63,796 bases of DNA from Pocillopora damicornis. Taxonomy: Eukaryota. A program made the translations under genes and the position numbers. The notes beneath the pieces are model-generated. The model was given only the letters and a program-made list of their open reading frames with translations. It was not told the origin of the DNA and did not search any database. Positions 26,401 to 39,970 of this stretch are shown here, one piece after another. Position 1 is the stretch's first letter. Each line of letters begins with the position of its first letter. The DNA is taken from assembly GCF_003704095.1 (NCBI RefSeq), contig NW_020847337.1:62205-126000 (forward strand), read 5' to 3'.

Positions 26401-28145
26401 GCATGGCCACCCCTCATGACAGACACCATTATTGAAAACCCCTGAAGCAAATCTATAATACATAAAATAAAAAGGATAATTCTCCCGACCAGTCCTGTTT
26501 TTTTTAAGGGCACAATGGATTATTTTATTCAGATTTCTCTGAATCTGCGAGCTTTTCGTTTAAGTGAGCGAAAGATGGTTTCCATCTCCATGGATTGATT
26601 TGTACGCGCAAAACGAGAATGATTTGTTGCTTCATTTTTCCTGATCAGAAAAGTCACGGTCTTAGATACGTATAAGATAATTCTTCGTAGATCCGAACAA
26701 CTCTGATATATGTAAAGTGCTGGGAATTTTGGCATCTTTCACAGAGGTCCATAAATAGCAGCGCTGCAACGTAAATTGCTGGGATGAAACTCCGTGTTAT
26801 TCCTTAGTTTCAACCTTCCGGAGTCTCAGGAGGTATCGAGCGATTGAAGATTTCACATTTTGAAGCTGATAAAACTGTTCTTAAAAAGCTAAACTGTTTG
26901 AAACTGATTATGAAAAGGGACCGAAAAAGCTCCGAAAAGCCTGGAGGTGGCATTGACGAATGTTACTACGCTCACTGAAAATTTTGTCAATTTTGGGTGA
27001 CAAACATTTTGCAACGAGTCAGATTTCCGCACGTCAGCTTCTTGTCCCGTGATATCATTTAGCAGCGCCGTTACTTATCAAGCCACTGCCTTGCGTAACA
27101 GGCTCGTCTCAGATGAGATCCACAAACTGACCCCACATCATTACAAAAATATTTTTGTAACCGATTCCAAAAAAAGATTGCCCTTTAAGAGAGAAACAAG
27201 ATTTTTATATTGAGTTACATAGTATGAAATGTCGAATGACTTCCCTCTTCCTTAGTCCATTGTTGAGTGGGTAAAATTTCCTGTTTCCTGAAAACAGTGG
27301 GTCTATTGATGTAAAGTGCAGTGAGGGTCATTTCAACTCTTTCCTCTCATAATTTTTTATTCTCCATCATTTTAGAGTCTGTCTGCTGTCCACAAAGCGC
27401 TCCAAGGACAGGCACTTTAGAGGCATCCAAACAGCTTTCCTTTTTTTTTATTCCACAGAGCAACGACAGTAACTTCGTTCCCAGGGGTCGAAAAAAAAAT
27501 TACTGGAAAGACACGGCTTTGTCCACCGCCTCACTTGAAAAAAAGATTCTTAAAAGCCTCAAGTAAACCAAGGGTTACCACATCTTGCGTAATTTTTTTT
27601 CTCGCGTCTCGTGTTGTTATTGTTGTTGCTGTTGTTGTTTATTATTTTTCATTATTATTTTATTTTTTATGGGCAGTTCTGTCCCGTTAAAGTTTAGAAT
27701 GGTGATGTTAAATGAATTAAGTTAATGAAATGGTAGTACGAGTATTAGCAAGTTAACACGGTCATATGTTGTCAAAATACTATTATTTGTTTCGGAGCTC
27801 AGACCCGTTTAAATTAGTATCCAAAACGTATTCCATGAAGATAGTTGAAGTATCCTTTTTCCGTTGTTAAATCTTTGTAATCGTAACACTTGAGTTTAGA
27901 GAGTACAGCATCCTTTCGAGAACGGGTAGTTCTGTGTTTTTGGAGTGTACACTTTTTCCATCTTTATCCGATGCTCAAAATGGCGATGACCGCATAGGTA
28001 ATATTACTGACTAGGCTATCACGCACGTGATTAAAGTGCAAACTCGTTTTACCGGAAATTCGTTGACTCAGTTGTTTCATTAACACAAAACGCGCCAAAT
28101 GATGACAGGTTCTTTTGTTTTCGGAGCACGTACAGCAATCGATTT

Positions 28146-28190
28146 CCAATCGATAGCTGCGAGTTATTGGGCCACGGGATAATGACGTCA
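28146..28190 (+). promoter_or_regulatory. Motif cluster upstream of the RYK-like gene: CCAAT, ERSE-II-like ATTGG-N-CCACG and full CRE TGACGTCA
   Basis: CCAAT 28146-28150, ATTGGGCCACG 28166-28176 and TGACGTCA 28183-28190, about 240-280 bp upstream of the ATG. Function untested. Confidence 0.35.
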
Positions 28191-28426
28191 AACCTTGCCC
28201 CACCAAGGAGAGCAGCTACACTTACCCAACTAGAATTTCTGTAGTGCGTCATCGGGATTCATGTTTTGAAATTTGGTACGGTATTGGAAGGTCCAGAATA
28301 CTTAACTAGACATGTTCAAATTAGTCCCGGAACATGCTACATCATCCGACATTTAGGGGAAAGGTTACTTAAGAGATTCAAACGTGCACTGGATGCGTAA
28401 CTTGTGAGGCCTTTTCGCTCGTAAAC

Positions 28427-31400
28427 ATGTACACAATCTGGTTCGTGGGTCATCGATCTACAACGTGGTCATACTTGGTTGTCCTTTTAGTGTTTTGCTC
28501 CATTCTACAGCGAGCAACAGCTCAGTTGCATCTGTTTATTACAAAGGAGGATGCCAACACACATCTAAGTGAGTATATGTCTTTCAAGAAAGGTAGCAAG
28601 TTTGTAAATAGTTCGCAAACCATGTGGATCGAGGGAGAAGAATCATTCGCGATGGCTTATTCTGTATTTCAGAGATGAACTTCCAGGGAAGATTGTACCT
28701 CATTCGCGATGGAGAACCAAACACTATGGTGCAGAATCCTGGTGCATTTTATCGTTTTATGTCACCGTTAGATTCATCGGTTTCAACGATTCAGCTAAGC
28801 TGGTTTTCATCTCCGCAGGTGAGTACGACGTGATAAGCGGGAGTGATATATATATATACGATTGTTGGGTGTTTTGATTCTCACTGAAGTCGAACAAAGT
28901 CCATCAGCCTGTCTCTGTGAATGATTTGTCGACTTCGGGTTAGTGTTTAGTCATAGTTATTATTTATTTTAGTTTGTGCCTCAAATTGAGGAGGAAAGAA
29001 AGATTTCCGTGCGTTTCTGATCATTTGAATGAAAGGGTTCTCTTAGCACTCTAGTAGCACAATACTCCACTTTACGCAATGCTAATTTTGTAGTGTATTT
29101 TTTTGTCATCTTACTTCATTCATGTGACGTTCCGCGAACTATTTTCGTCTTAGAAATCAGATGATTATGTTCCAGAAAACATTTTCATCATTGAAGAGTC
29201 GTTCTGATGAAGAAAACTTTGCCAAAAACGCCAATATTATAAACACGAAGAATCGGGGTATTTTGTTTTGCATGGCCGGAATGCATTCTTTCTTCCCCTA
29301 TTGTTCGCTTAGCAATGATTCTTAACGATCGAAAATCGGCAATTCTTTCTTCGGTTCGAGTGCTGAATGCTTCAGATCTTCCTGTTCTAAGCTTTGAAGG
29401 AATCAAATGAAAGGTATTAACGATATCGGCGATCTAAGGGTTTCGTGTTGACGGTTTTAGCGTGGACCATTAAGTATTTGTCGTTGTTTATTTAAGCCGG
29501 ACTGATCGCTCTCTGTCTTGAATGAATGGAATTGTAATGTGGTGTTTTTCAAATTGTAAGCGATCGGACAAGCCATTTGGAGCATTTTATCAAAAAATGT
29601 GATGTATGCTGATGTCTGGAAAATTTCTGTCGAAAAGGCAATCTAGAATATGACTCTGGGGGATAATGCCGTTGATTTTTTTACGCCAATATTCTAAGCT
29701 TAGAATTGGCAATGAACTTTAGGAATGCATGTGGTTGTGTTTATTGTTCTTTAAGAAGATTTAGCAGAGGCAAGTCTGTAAAATGTCCGTTTTCCAGTGG
29801 TTTTCTAATTATTTGCTCCCGTTAAATCATTCAAACGTGATCTTGCCACAATATCATTTCCTACTCCTTGAACTGCGAGCCTTCAGAATTGGATTTTAGT
29901 GTAGTTCCGTTGGGCTCGAGCGTTTCCTGTTGTGGCCTCTGAAAGGCACGTAAAAGCTTGTTTTTATCATGGATAATTCAAGATTGCGGAGGAAACAGCT
30001 GAACAATATCAACTTGATAAGCCAAAAGCTTGTTAAGGCACGGTAGGGTACGATTTAAGATGTGATGAAGGCACCTTGCCAAGCAGAGGAAAACAAAACA
30101 ATAACGAGTAGTCATTTAGTCTAACCACTTGGTTTGCAATAAAGTTGGCGTCCATTATAATCATTTCATCCATAATGGCATTTCCTATTATGCTACAAGT
30201 TGAATATTTGACTCTCAAGAAACAATTTAATGTTTATGGTGTCAGTTACACAACTTAAATATCCTTTTTTTTTGCCAAAGCAAAATAACTTGAGAAATTG
30301 ATCAATCATGAAACCACAGATTCAGTGGCTTCCATTTAAGATTCTGTGCGAGAGCTACAATCAACATAACTCTATTGGGAAATTTCAGTCTGAATTGTTT
30401 GATTTTCAAACATGTCTTAGTTTTAACAATCAAGCATAAAGAGGTAGTGTTGCAATAACTTAAAGGTCCTCTGATGATATTGTTTCAGGGCTTTGTCCAA
30501 AAAGCCTTGGCTGAAATTAATTATTTCAAAAGAAGAGATAACACTTGATTTTTTTAGGAGTTTATTCACTTTAACCCTTTAACTCCTAAGATCTGATTGT
30601 TAATTCTCCCCTCTATCTGCTACACATTTCCTTGAATCAGTGATGAGAATTTAGTGTTAGATCAAAATAAAAACTTCTACCAGACACGTTGGAGTATTCT
30701 GAATACCTGTTTGCAGGATAATGTATGATTATTATGGGGAGAAGTTCTTTATTAATCACCCCAGGGAGTTAAAGGATTGAAAAAATTAAAATGGTGTAAA
30801 TTTGCATGTGAGCATACTGGCAGGAAATTGTTGGGTTGTAACAAAATATCTAAATAAGCTGGAAAACTACTTTGAGGATTGTATCAAATGCAATTTTCAA
30901 AACCAAACAGCTTTAATATTCTATTCTGTTCTTCAGTTTTTTTAAATAAATTTCTGCTCGCACAGTGGGTTGGAATTGGTGAAAATAAGAGGTTTTGAAC
31001 CATTGGTGACAATTTCATCCTCCCATGTTCACCTGATATTATGAAATAGCAGAGATACTCTTTAAGTCTGTTACTCACAAGCAGGAGGCAAGTGATTAAC
31101 ACACTTTTCTCTTGTTCTCCTGATAACTAAACTGAGTACACAGAGCTATTTCAAAGGTGGATCTTTCCTTAGAATTAACTTTTTCACTCTCAGAGGATAC
31201 ATAAGAGGAATTTCTCCACATATCTTTTGGGAAATTCTGTATGATTCAGCAACAATCTCTCAGAAGCAAAATTATAAGATGTGTATGGTAAACTGTGCAG
31301 AGGATCGCTTGCTAGATCTTGGATATGTGGTGGTTACGGAATTGATGATGTCTTCTTTTACAGGTCTCACACTATAGCATGAACTTCAAATCAAGTGATC

Positions 31401-31997
31401 ATAGTATCATGCCTGATCCTCATGCAGCCACTCCTTTGGAAGGAATTGTTCCACAATCTCAAAAAGGTGTGAATGACCTGTCTTTACAGGTTCACATTTT
31501 AGTGTTTTATACAAACACTGAATTTTAAAGTGATCCATATGTTTGTTTGTTTGCTAGCAGAAGAAGTTAGTACAATACATGCAGTGAGAGTGCATCTTAA
31601 CATGTTTTGTTAGCATTTTAAGTTACCTTGATAAGTACTCTCCAAGAAATAGTTTGAAACATGGGAGGGGGGGAAAGTATACTTGATAAGGAAAATGATT
31701 ATCAATGGACTAAATGTCCTGTACAAGGTACAGTTTATAAGTATATACGCTACAAACAAGGAAGATCCTTGCTAAAACTGAATTTCAACTAAGTTTTTCA
31801 TAGTATCTTTACAAAGATACTTCCTTCTCTCTTGCAAGCAGTTGCATAGAAAGCGTTCTTGCTTCCAGAATGCGATTCTTGTCAAAGGGAAAGGCAAAAA
31901 CTTTCTGAAGGGACCTGTTGCTTCTTACAAATTCTTCACACAATGAAGTCATATTTTCTTAATTATTAATTGGCATCCCAGGGTGGAGTGAGTGAAT

Positions 31998-32052
<55 letters not shown>

Positions 32053-35000
32053 CAATTTTTTTTCAGAATTGTACTTTCCTGAATAAAATGTACTGATTTG
32101 TCATGTTGTTTTGTCTCACAGCCTTTCAGGTTTCCTTCTACTGTCCTGGTACTACTGAGGGAGAAGTTGATATGACATTTTCCTTGAACTACACCAGAAT
32201 TGTTTCAGGCTCAGTGGATACGGAAGAGATCAAAAGTTTTATGCTCACAGTGAGAAGACAATGTGAAAAAACAGGTAATTGACATTGAATAAGACACTAT
32301 CATTTTGCTTTCCTGCAGGGTTTTTTTTTTTCTCAAATTCCTTGTTTGTTCAGATCAGTGTCCTATGAGACATTCAAACAGAGCCTAACTGAAAATTACT
32401 CAGTCATCATTATCATTGTTGTTTTTGCCTTCTTGCTATTCACTTTGATGAAACAATTCTTAGCTTGCCTGGACAGAAGCTTCAAGATTTATTTTTGTAG
32501 ATCAATTATCATTTTTGACACTTTACCCTTCACCCCCATGAGTGGCCAAGACATCATTTCTCTTTCCAATATAAATATGATACCAAGCAGACAAATGATG
32601 AGATTACAGAAAAATGTCAACTTGGATTATTAGTTGATCCAACACCAAATGTTTACATGAAATTCTCTACAGGTGGAAATGACAATTTCATCGAACAAGT
32701 TACATCTTCGCCATGGTCACGCAGTAAAGTTGTGGGAATCTGTGCAGGCTTGACGACTGTTATTATATCTGTTGTTGGGCTGGTGTTACTGTTTCGTTAT
32801 TGTATGAGACAGAGGAAGTTGAAGATAGAGTTTGAAGATGATGTGGAAATGTATCGCAGCAGCAGCAGGTTTGTTACTTAGCAGTCTGTCCTTTCAATGG
32901 TTGTGCATCTTTGAAAGCTGCTGACTGTGAATTTGTTGGCTATTGTAAAATAGGGTTGGCAATTTTTCCTCTTTGTTTTTTTTTCAGTAGTAGTATAGTC
33001 AAACCTTGATTATCCAGACCTCAATTATCTGAATTTCTTGATCATCCAAACTTTTTCCCTGGTCCCAATTTTGTCATGAATTTTTATTAGTCATGATCAA
33101 GATCCGTAGCCCTCTTCTTTTTAAAACTACAGTGTTGAAAAGTAAAGTGAAGGCAAGTTTTGCTTTCAAAAAGCAAAAGCAGAGCTCACACGTGTCATAA
33201 CTAATGAAGAACATTTGATTGAGGTCTGATTGGCTTAGAGTTGCTTTGTTGCTACATGAGATTTCACACTCTATAGGCTCTTTCAGCATGGTATGCAAGA
33301 TAAACAAGTTATTACACAGCATCGCGAATGGTTATTCACAATCATTGTGTCCTTGAACCATGAGCGATCTTTTCTTTCGATTAAATGTCGCTGTCTTAAT
33401 TTAATCAGTTTTTGTTCCTTACTGATATTCATATTTTTCAATTATCCGGACCCTCAATTATCCAGACTATTTCATTTTGTCCCAGCAAGTTCTGTTAATC
33501 AAGGTTTCAGTTTTCGACTTCTACCTCCTGAGCTCATTCACAGACAAGTGATAAGATAGTTTTCTTATGAATAGAACATGTTATGTATCGTGTTTGTAAG
33601 TCAACAATAGGTTTCAGAATTGTGCTCTGAGGTCATCTAAGGTGGTGGGAGATTTTCTACTAAAGATGTTGAGTGAAATTGATTTTTTAACTTAAATGTA
33701 AGAATCAGTGTAAAAATTTCTATGACACAACATTTTTTCAGTGAAACTTCAGGTCTTTGTATCGCGTACCTTTATTCTTTTATGTCTACTGAATATATTT
33801 CCTTTGATGCCTGATGAAATTCTCTTTTGTAAAAAACCAGTTCATCCAAGATTTACAAAAAAGAAGAGCAACAAGAAGAAGAAGTTGATGAAACAGTGGA
33901 TTCTTCAAAGCCAGGACTGTTTTACAGCCCACCAAGGCCTAATTATCAACCTCCAGGAGGAGGAGGAGGAGGAGGAGGAGGAGGAGGAGGAGGAGGAGGA
34001 GGAGGAGGGCGTGGCCGCGCTAACACAAGTGGCAGTGACTCCTCAACAACTGATCTGATTATTCCCGAGGAAAGTAGTGATATGTGTATTCAAAAGCAAT
34101 CAGAGGGAAAGTACAGCAGTAGAGATGGCAGACACGGAGTAAGACATAAACATCGACGACATGAACGACAGTGGAAACATGGAAGCTTGTCTAGTATGTT
34201 TGTTTGTTTGTTTGTTTTTTTCACATGGGTGTGTTTGGGTCTGTTTGGAAACTGTACCTTCTGGTAAATTATGTCAGTTGATTCATAATTATGTAAAGGG
34301 TTTCATTTCATTCTCTCTTTATTTGGTGCAGATACAAAATACACTTGGATACAAGAGAGACCTTTGTCATCTTATCATGAAACAGAATCTTTGTTGGAGA
34401 GAAGAAATAGTAAGGGAGTTTTTTATTGATTTTTGTTTTGGTAAATCAAGTCAGTTGTTACATATATTTTGGTTTTAGTTGTCAATAACATATTGACTGC
34501 ACTAGTGTGTCCTTATTACAAGTAGATGTATTAGTTTTTTGTAACTAATAAAGATTTTTTTCACAGCTCCTGATGAAGCTCAGAATACTGGAGGACTTTT
34601 TACAGTATTAAATGAATTTTGGGCAACAGAACTTGCAGATGTTTTAATACCAAGAGACCAAGTGTCAGTTGGAGATCCTTTGTATAGAGGTTAGTTAGAT
34701 GCAAAGAACTTTGGATGTTATTTCATTTCCTGGCACATAAATTTGCTTTTCCTCTTTTAAATTTTGATTACTGAGCAACGTGGCTGACAGTTAGCCCCTT
34801 GGGTTTAAGTGTAGTTATTAACAGTAAGCTTTTAAGATCAGATTGGCCTATAAACATACAATCACATTCCAATTACTGTAAAGAAAGAGGTAGATTGTTT
34901 CAAGCGACAATTGTCATGTGCCAATTTATTCCGAGTGTTCCAAATGGTTAAAAATAACTGTCTGTGACAAGGAAAGTTGATTCATTTGTTCACCATTGGA

Positions 35001-37718
35001 AATTTATTTTGCAGGAACATTTGGATGTTTGTACAAAGGTTCTGTTCGAGGACTAAGTGAAGAGCAACCTCGCAAGAAAATGGAAGTGTCCATCAAAGCA
35101 CTTCAAGGTAAGACCAAACCTGAAAGTCTTCTGGAGTTTGTGTCTAATACAGTGATCTGGTGGCATCTGGAGTAGGATAGTGGAGTAGGACAGTGATCTG
35201 GTGGAGTAGGACAGTGATCTGGTGGCATCTGGAGGAGGATAGTGCAGAAGCACAAATGACCTTTGTTAGGCTTTTCAAAGACAAAGTGCTAATTCTCCAT
35301 TTAGTAAATTTGAGGAGTTTTTCCATTTTACTTGTGGATTTGTTAAGTGCAGAAACAAGTAATGTGGGAGTTTGATATGCAAAAATTATGACATTATCAT
35401 GGTCTTAGTTTAGGGATAGCATGCATTATTTTAAAGGAGTTATTTTTGTGCACTTGTGTGAGGTTTTGGTTGGCTATTGAGGTGTTTGAATAACTTTTTG
35501 TGAGGTTTGTAGTTCCCTACTGCATTCTTTTCTTCAACTAATTCAATTCTTTTAATGAAATATTTTAAGTGCAGTACAGAGTCCTGTAGATGTGTGTTTT
35601 GACTCAGTATTTATCCTTCACAGATGAAGCAGACATGGACACCATCACTTCTTTTATGCAGGAAGCAATGGTCATAAAAGGCTTCAAGCATCCAAATGTT
35701 GTGGAACTGGTGGGTGTGGTGCTTCAACGTTCAACGCCACCTTACATCGTAACTCCCCTAACACGAAATGGAGACCTAGGACACTTTTTGAAGATTTCAA
35801 GAGCAACATCTGCAAGAGTACAGGTGAGAACACAAGAACAGCATCAATAGGGAGTGTGGAGACAGTCTACTGTAAGAAATGGTTGGGATTGTTGGCCAGA
35901 AATTGGTGTACCTCTGATCATTAGACCAATGAAAATTACAAAGATAAAGAAAGGTAGAATGTGTTAGATCTTTAAATAAAAACTTTGAATTGATTTTTTC
36001 CCCAGACAATTACCTCGCGCCAGCTTATTGAGTTTGGAATTGAGATCTGCAAAGGAATGGATTATATCACTCAGAAAAAGATTGTTCACAGAAATCTTGC
36101 AGCAAAGAACTGCATGTAAGTATTTCTTATCTAAGTTCGCCTTGTGTTTCACATAGTTGCCTTTTATTTCTAGTTTTCTTCTTTTTTGCGAAGAATTTAG
36201 ATGATTCAGGTTTGTAATGATCAGGAAAATAAAGATTTTTCAAACATTTGCCTCCAATCTTATAGGCAATCTTATTTTAATAGTTTTCACTTTGCAATTG
36301 ATAGTCACATGCCCTAGTTTACTGCTGGCATAAAGAGGCTGTTGCTCTGACTGAGTATTTGGGTTAATATATTTCCCTGCATTTTGAGATGATGATTTAT
36401 AAATTAAGAAGGGATTGGGTTTTCCATCTCAGGAAATCAGACTTATCTGAAAGTGTTTTCCTCTAGTGTCAATGATGATTTGAGTATCAAGATCACTGAC
36501 TTCAGTTTGGCCAGAGATGTGAACACAACAAACTTGAATGACAAGGGAATACGGTCCAGATTACTTGTCAAATGGACAGCACTTGAGGGTTTAGCAGAGG
36601 AGGGTCAATTTTCAGAAAAAAGTGATGTGGTATGTTTCATTTCTTTTTCACTCTTTGAAGATAAATTTGGTTTTGCCTGGCTTGTCAAAATTAGGACTCT
36701 TAATTTATATTGCAAGCACTCAACTCAGAATTTGGATGCTTATCACTCTTAGAGATCAAATTCTTATGAGTGGCCTACAGAGGAATATATCACCATCAGT
36801 AAAGAGAATTTGCTTGTAGATCGTGGAAAGGGATCAGGGATACGTGAGCAATTGTTATCACAATGACATTGACTTTGCACAACAGCAACAGATTTTACAG
36901 GTTGTGGCCTTGGTATCAGCCTGTTTATTGATATGCGTCATTGTTGTATAAATGACTCATATGTGGCATTTATTCCTTCACAGTGGTCATTTGGAGTTGT
37001 TTTATGGGAGATTGTAACTCTTGCTAAGGCACCGTATCAAGCTATTGACAGTTCAAAAATGGAGCAGCATCTGCAAGCTGGACATAGATTACCACAACCT
37101 AATAACTGTCCGTATGACTTGTAAGTTTTGTCTTGTATTTCCGTAACAAAAAAATGAGCAGTAAGCTTAAAATTTCAATTTTTCTCTTTTTTTTCCTGTT
37201 TTTTTTTTCTTTTAAGGGAGTGATTCCCTTAAATAACTCATCTTTTGTTAATAATAAAATAAAGAATGGGTGGGTTCCAATAGTCCACATTGATATCCTT
37301 CTGTGAAACAGGTCTGAGCATTCAGAGGTTAATCCTTTATCTCCTAGAAGTGTTTAACCCATAACTTCTCCCCATAAAATCCATAAATTATCCAACAATC
37401 AGGTACTGAGAATACTCATACTTATCAGGTCAAGGTTATCTTGATCAAACACCAAATTCTCATAACTAGGTTACAACAAAATGTGTAACAGCTGGAGGGG
37501 GGAAATTAACAATGAGATCTTGGTAGTTAAAGAGTTATGGCATTGTTTTGACCTTCACTGTGTCTTTTTGCAGATATTTCTTAATGAAAAACTGCTGGGA
37601 ATCCAGTCCAAAAGCAAGACCAACATTTAGTCTGTTATTAAAGCAACTGGAACACTACTCCACAAGGCTGGTGCAAAATGGACTCAAGTTTGAATATCTA
37701 CCAGAGTCTGACTGTTGA
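28427..37718 (+). CDS. RYK: RYK/Derailed-like Wnt receptor tyrosine pseudokinase (signal peptide, WIF domain, TM, kinase-like domain), 13 exons (~687 aa)
   Basis: Exons 28427-28568, 28673-28818, 31364-31466, 32122-32274, 32673-32868, 33841-34193, 34567-34689, 35015-35107, 35624-35823, 36006-36115, 36467-36629, 36984-37120 and 37574-37718 all join in frame with GT-AG. WIF-like ectodomain (LHLFIT..D, LYLIRDG, LEGIVPQ, FQVSFYCPG, VRRQC), TM helix, and a TK fold (GTFG, HRNLAAKNC, IKITDFSLARD, VKWTALE, SDVWSFGVVLWE, RLPQPNNCP, CW...RPTF). Confidence 0.88.
30571..30780. repeat. ~210-bp TIR-bounded dispersed repeat in RYK intron 2
   Basis: Starts ttaaccctttaactcctaagatctgattgttaattctccc and ends gggagttaaaggattga. 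Related to 37329-37537 (opposite orientation) and 49353-49470. Confidence 0.65.
33956..34009 (+). repeat. Coding (GGA)n microsatellite encoding ~18 Gly in the RYK-like juxtamembrane region
   Basis: Splice phases of the flanking exons (phase 2 acceptor at 33841, phase 1 donor at 34193) select the poly-Gly frame. Confidence 0.8.
35148..35245. repeat. Minisatellite in RYK intron 8
   Basis: Repeated acagtgatctggtgg / agtagga / catctgga units. Confidence 0.7.
37329..37537. repeat. ~210-bp TIR-bounded dispersed repeat in the last RYK intron
   Basis: ttaatcctttatctcctagaag...gagatcttggtagttaaagagtta; inverted relative of 30571-30780. Confidence 0.6.
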
Positions 37719-39970
37719 TGAAGGGAAATTTGTTGCTTTTCTGGGCTTATTATTACCACTTAAATATATAATTTTTGTACTTGTGGCTGTATCATAGGAA
37801 AAAAATAATTTTTGTACATTGTATACTTTAGGTTTATCAAATTATAGCCATTTAAAATTCAAGTAGCCTTATTTCAGGTATGTTTGAAGCGTGGCAGTTA
37901 AAAGATTCTTTGGTTGTTACATTAAAGGTGGCTGTTTGGGTGGGTCAGTTTTTTAAAAATATTAAGCTACTATTTAATGAAATTGAAGGCGAACTTTTGC
38001 TTTTGAAAACACAGACATGTGGGAAGACTTCTGTTTTACAACATTGTAGGTTATGGGTCAGTATTTTTGTAGGATTTTTTCAGTGTTGCTTGTAGCACTT
38101 TTCTTTTCCAATGTTGTGTTTCACATGTCAATTGTTAAGTCATATGGTAAAATGAAAATTCATATTTCATTGGGAAGTTTTGTTTCTGAAGGAAGCCCCT
38201 GTGCACAGGAGCGTAATCTTCTGGAGATAGATCACAATTTTTTATTGTGAAGCTGTTCTTCAAATTAACATGCTGTATTTTTCATAGTGATTTACCATTG
38301 TTTTGCTGCTATAAAATTCTATGCCTTTTTTTTTCTCTTGTGCTGTCTAGTAACATTGTTAAGTTTCCCCAGTTACATTTTACTGTTGCAGTATAACTGT
38401 GATTGGTAGCATTCGTTGTTTGGTTTCAAAGTTCACATGGAAGTCATTTTGTAAATACAGTATCCATTGTTCCATTTCCAATTTTTCAGGGACATGTTTT
38501 ATATTCTAGTTATGCTTTGTTCATCTTGTTTGTTGAAAATCAACATTTGAGTAGTTATCATAAAGTTTTACCCCTTATATTGCTTCATCAGGCCATTCAT
38601 TAGAAAACTCTATGTTTGTTGTTTGGTAAATCATATTTGGGTTAATAGTATCAAAACAAGTTTTAACTTTGTCCACTGCATGTCATCAAACTTATTGCCT
38701 TCAGACCCTAAAGAGCTTATATTATTAATTAGCTAACCTACAATTGTTATTTACTTAGTAAAAAGGGAGTATTTTTCTACTAAGTTTCCAAAAAAACTCC
38801 AATATTAACTTTTTTTAAAACATCATATTAACTCACCAATCTTAACTTTGTGGGTGTTGAATGTTTTTCAAAAAGAGTAGCACAAGTCCCCCTACCAGAT
38901 TTGGACAATTTAAGGGCAACATAAAATTTTTTGCAAATAAGCTCAGTGTTTATGGTTTTGGAAAATGTAAATTATGTTTTCCAAGCCATTTTCGTTAGAA
39001 AATTCTGTTACAGGCTATTTTGTACATTTAACACAGTAAAATTTTCAAAACAGTTTGTTTTGCAACATTGTTCATGGAGATGCTGGGATTGGATCATATT
39101 TACGAATTAGCAGTAGAAAGCTACTGCAAATGTTAATCTGTGTATGGTGACGAATTTAAAATATTTGAGGTACCATCAGATGTGGTGCATTCTTTGAAGT
39201 TATAGTACAGTTTGATTTTAAATCTTGCTCGTCTGTGGCCTCTCTCAGAGCCACACAACTGCAAGTTTTCCATACATTGTTTGTTATTTAGAAGTACTAG
39301 AATTGTAGTTTTCAAATTTGTTCTTTTGGTTCACGTTCAGATTTGTACAGTGTAATTAGTTTTTTTTTTTTGACGGGATGTTAGTAATAGAACATCTCAA
39401 AAGTATAACAGAACGAGCGCATTTTTCTTTAGCGTATTGCATAATGTATGGCTTCTCTTTATAACTTAATCTCATAACACGGTTGTTAATAGTGGTTGGT
39501 TAATTTTAATGCAGTAAAGTGTTGTGGAAAAACGTTGTTTCGGAGCCAAAGTTGAGCCGCTTGCTTAAAACATACCTTAGAATGAAGATATGTAGATACA
39601 GTATTAATAAAATGTTTTGTAAAGAAATAAACACATATCACGTTAAAAGTAATAGCCAAAAATATATATGATGTAAATAGTGATTTTAAGGTAACTCTGT
39701 CTTTGAATGGTGGATCCTTCTGGCAATAAACATGTAATTTAGCATTTCTTGTTGGGCATGAATTGATATACGTTCTGTCATAAATGATTTAGCTTTGGTG
39801 ATGAGACTCTGAAGGTCACTTCAATTTTACATCTCATATTAGAGTTATGTTGCAATCTTGAAGCATTTCATGCAACAGTTACTCTAATATGCGGTCTTTT
39901 CACGCAATGCGGGAGAGAGCGCGTTGCGTGACTAGATAAACGACAGCTGCGAAGGAGAGGTTGTGTTTCG

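Noticed and set aside
23494-27566. Assorted short ORFs between AMACR and the RYK-like gene
   Set aside because: No recognisable motifs, no consistent splice chain, and frequent stops in all frames I tried; a decayed element or non-coding transcript cannot be excluded.
33741-34058. Poly-Glu reading frame of the GAG/GGA repeat
   Set aside because: Splice phases of the flanking RYK exons select the poly-Gly frame; the Glu frame stops at 34058.
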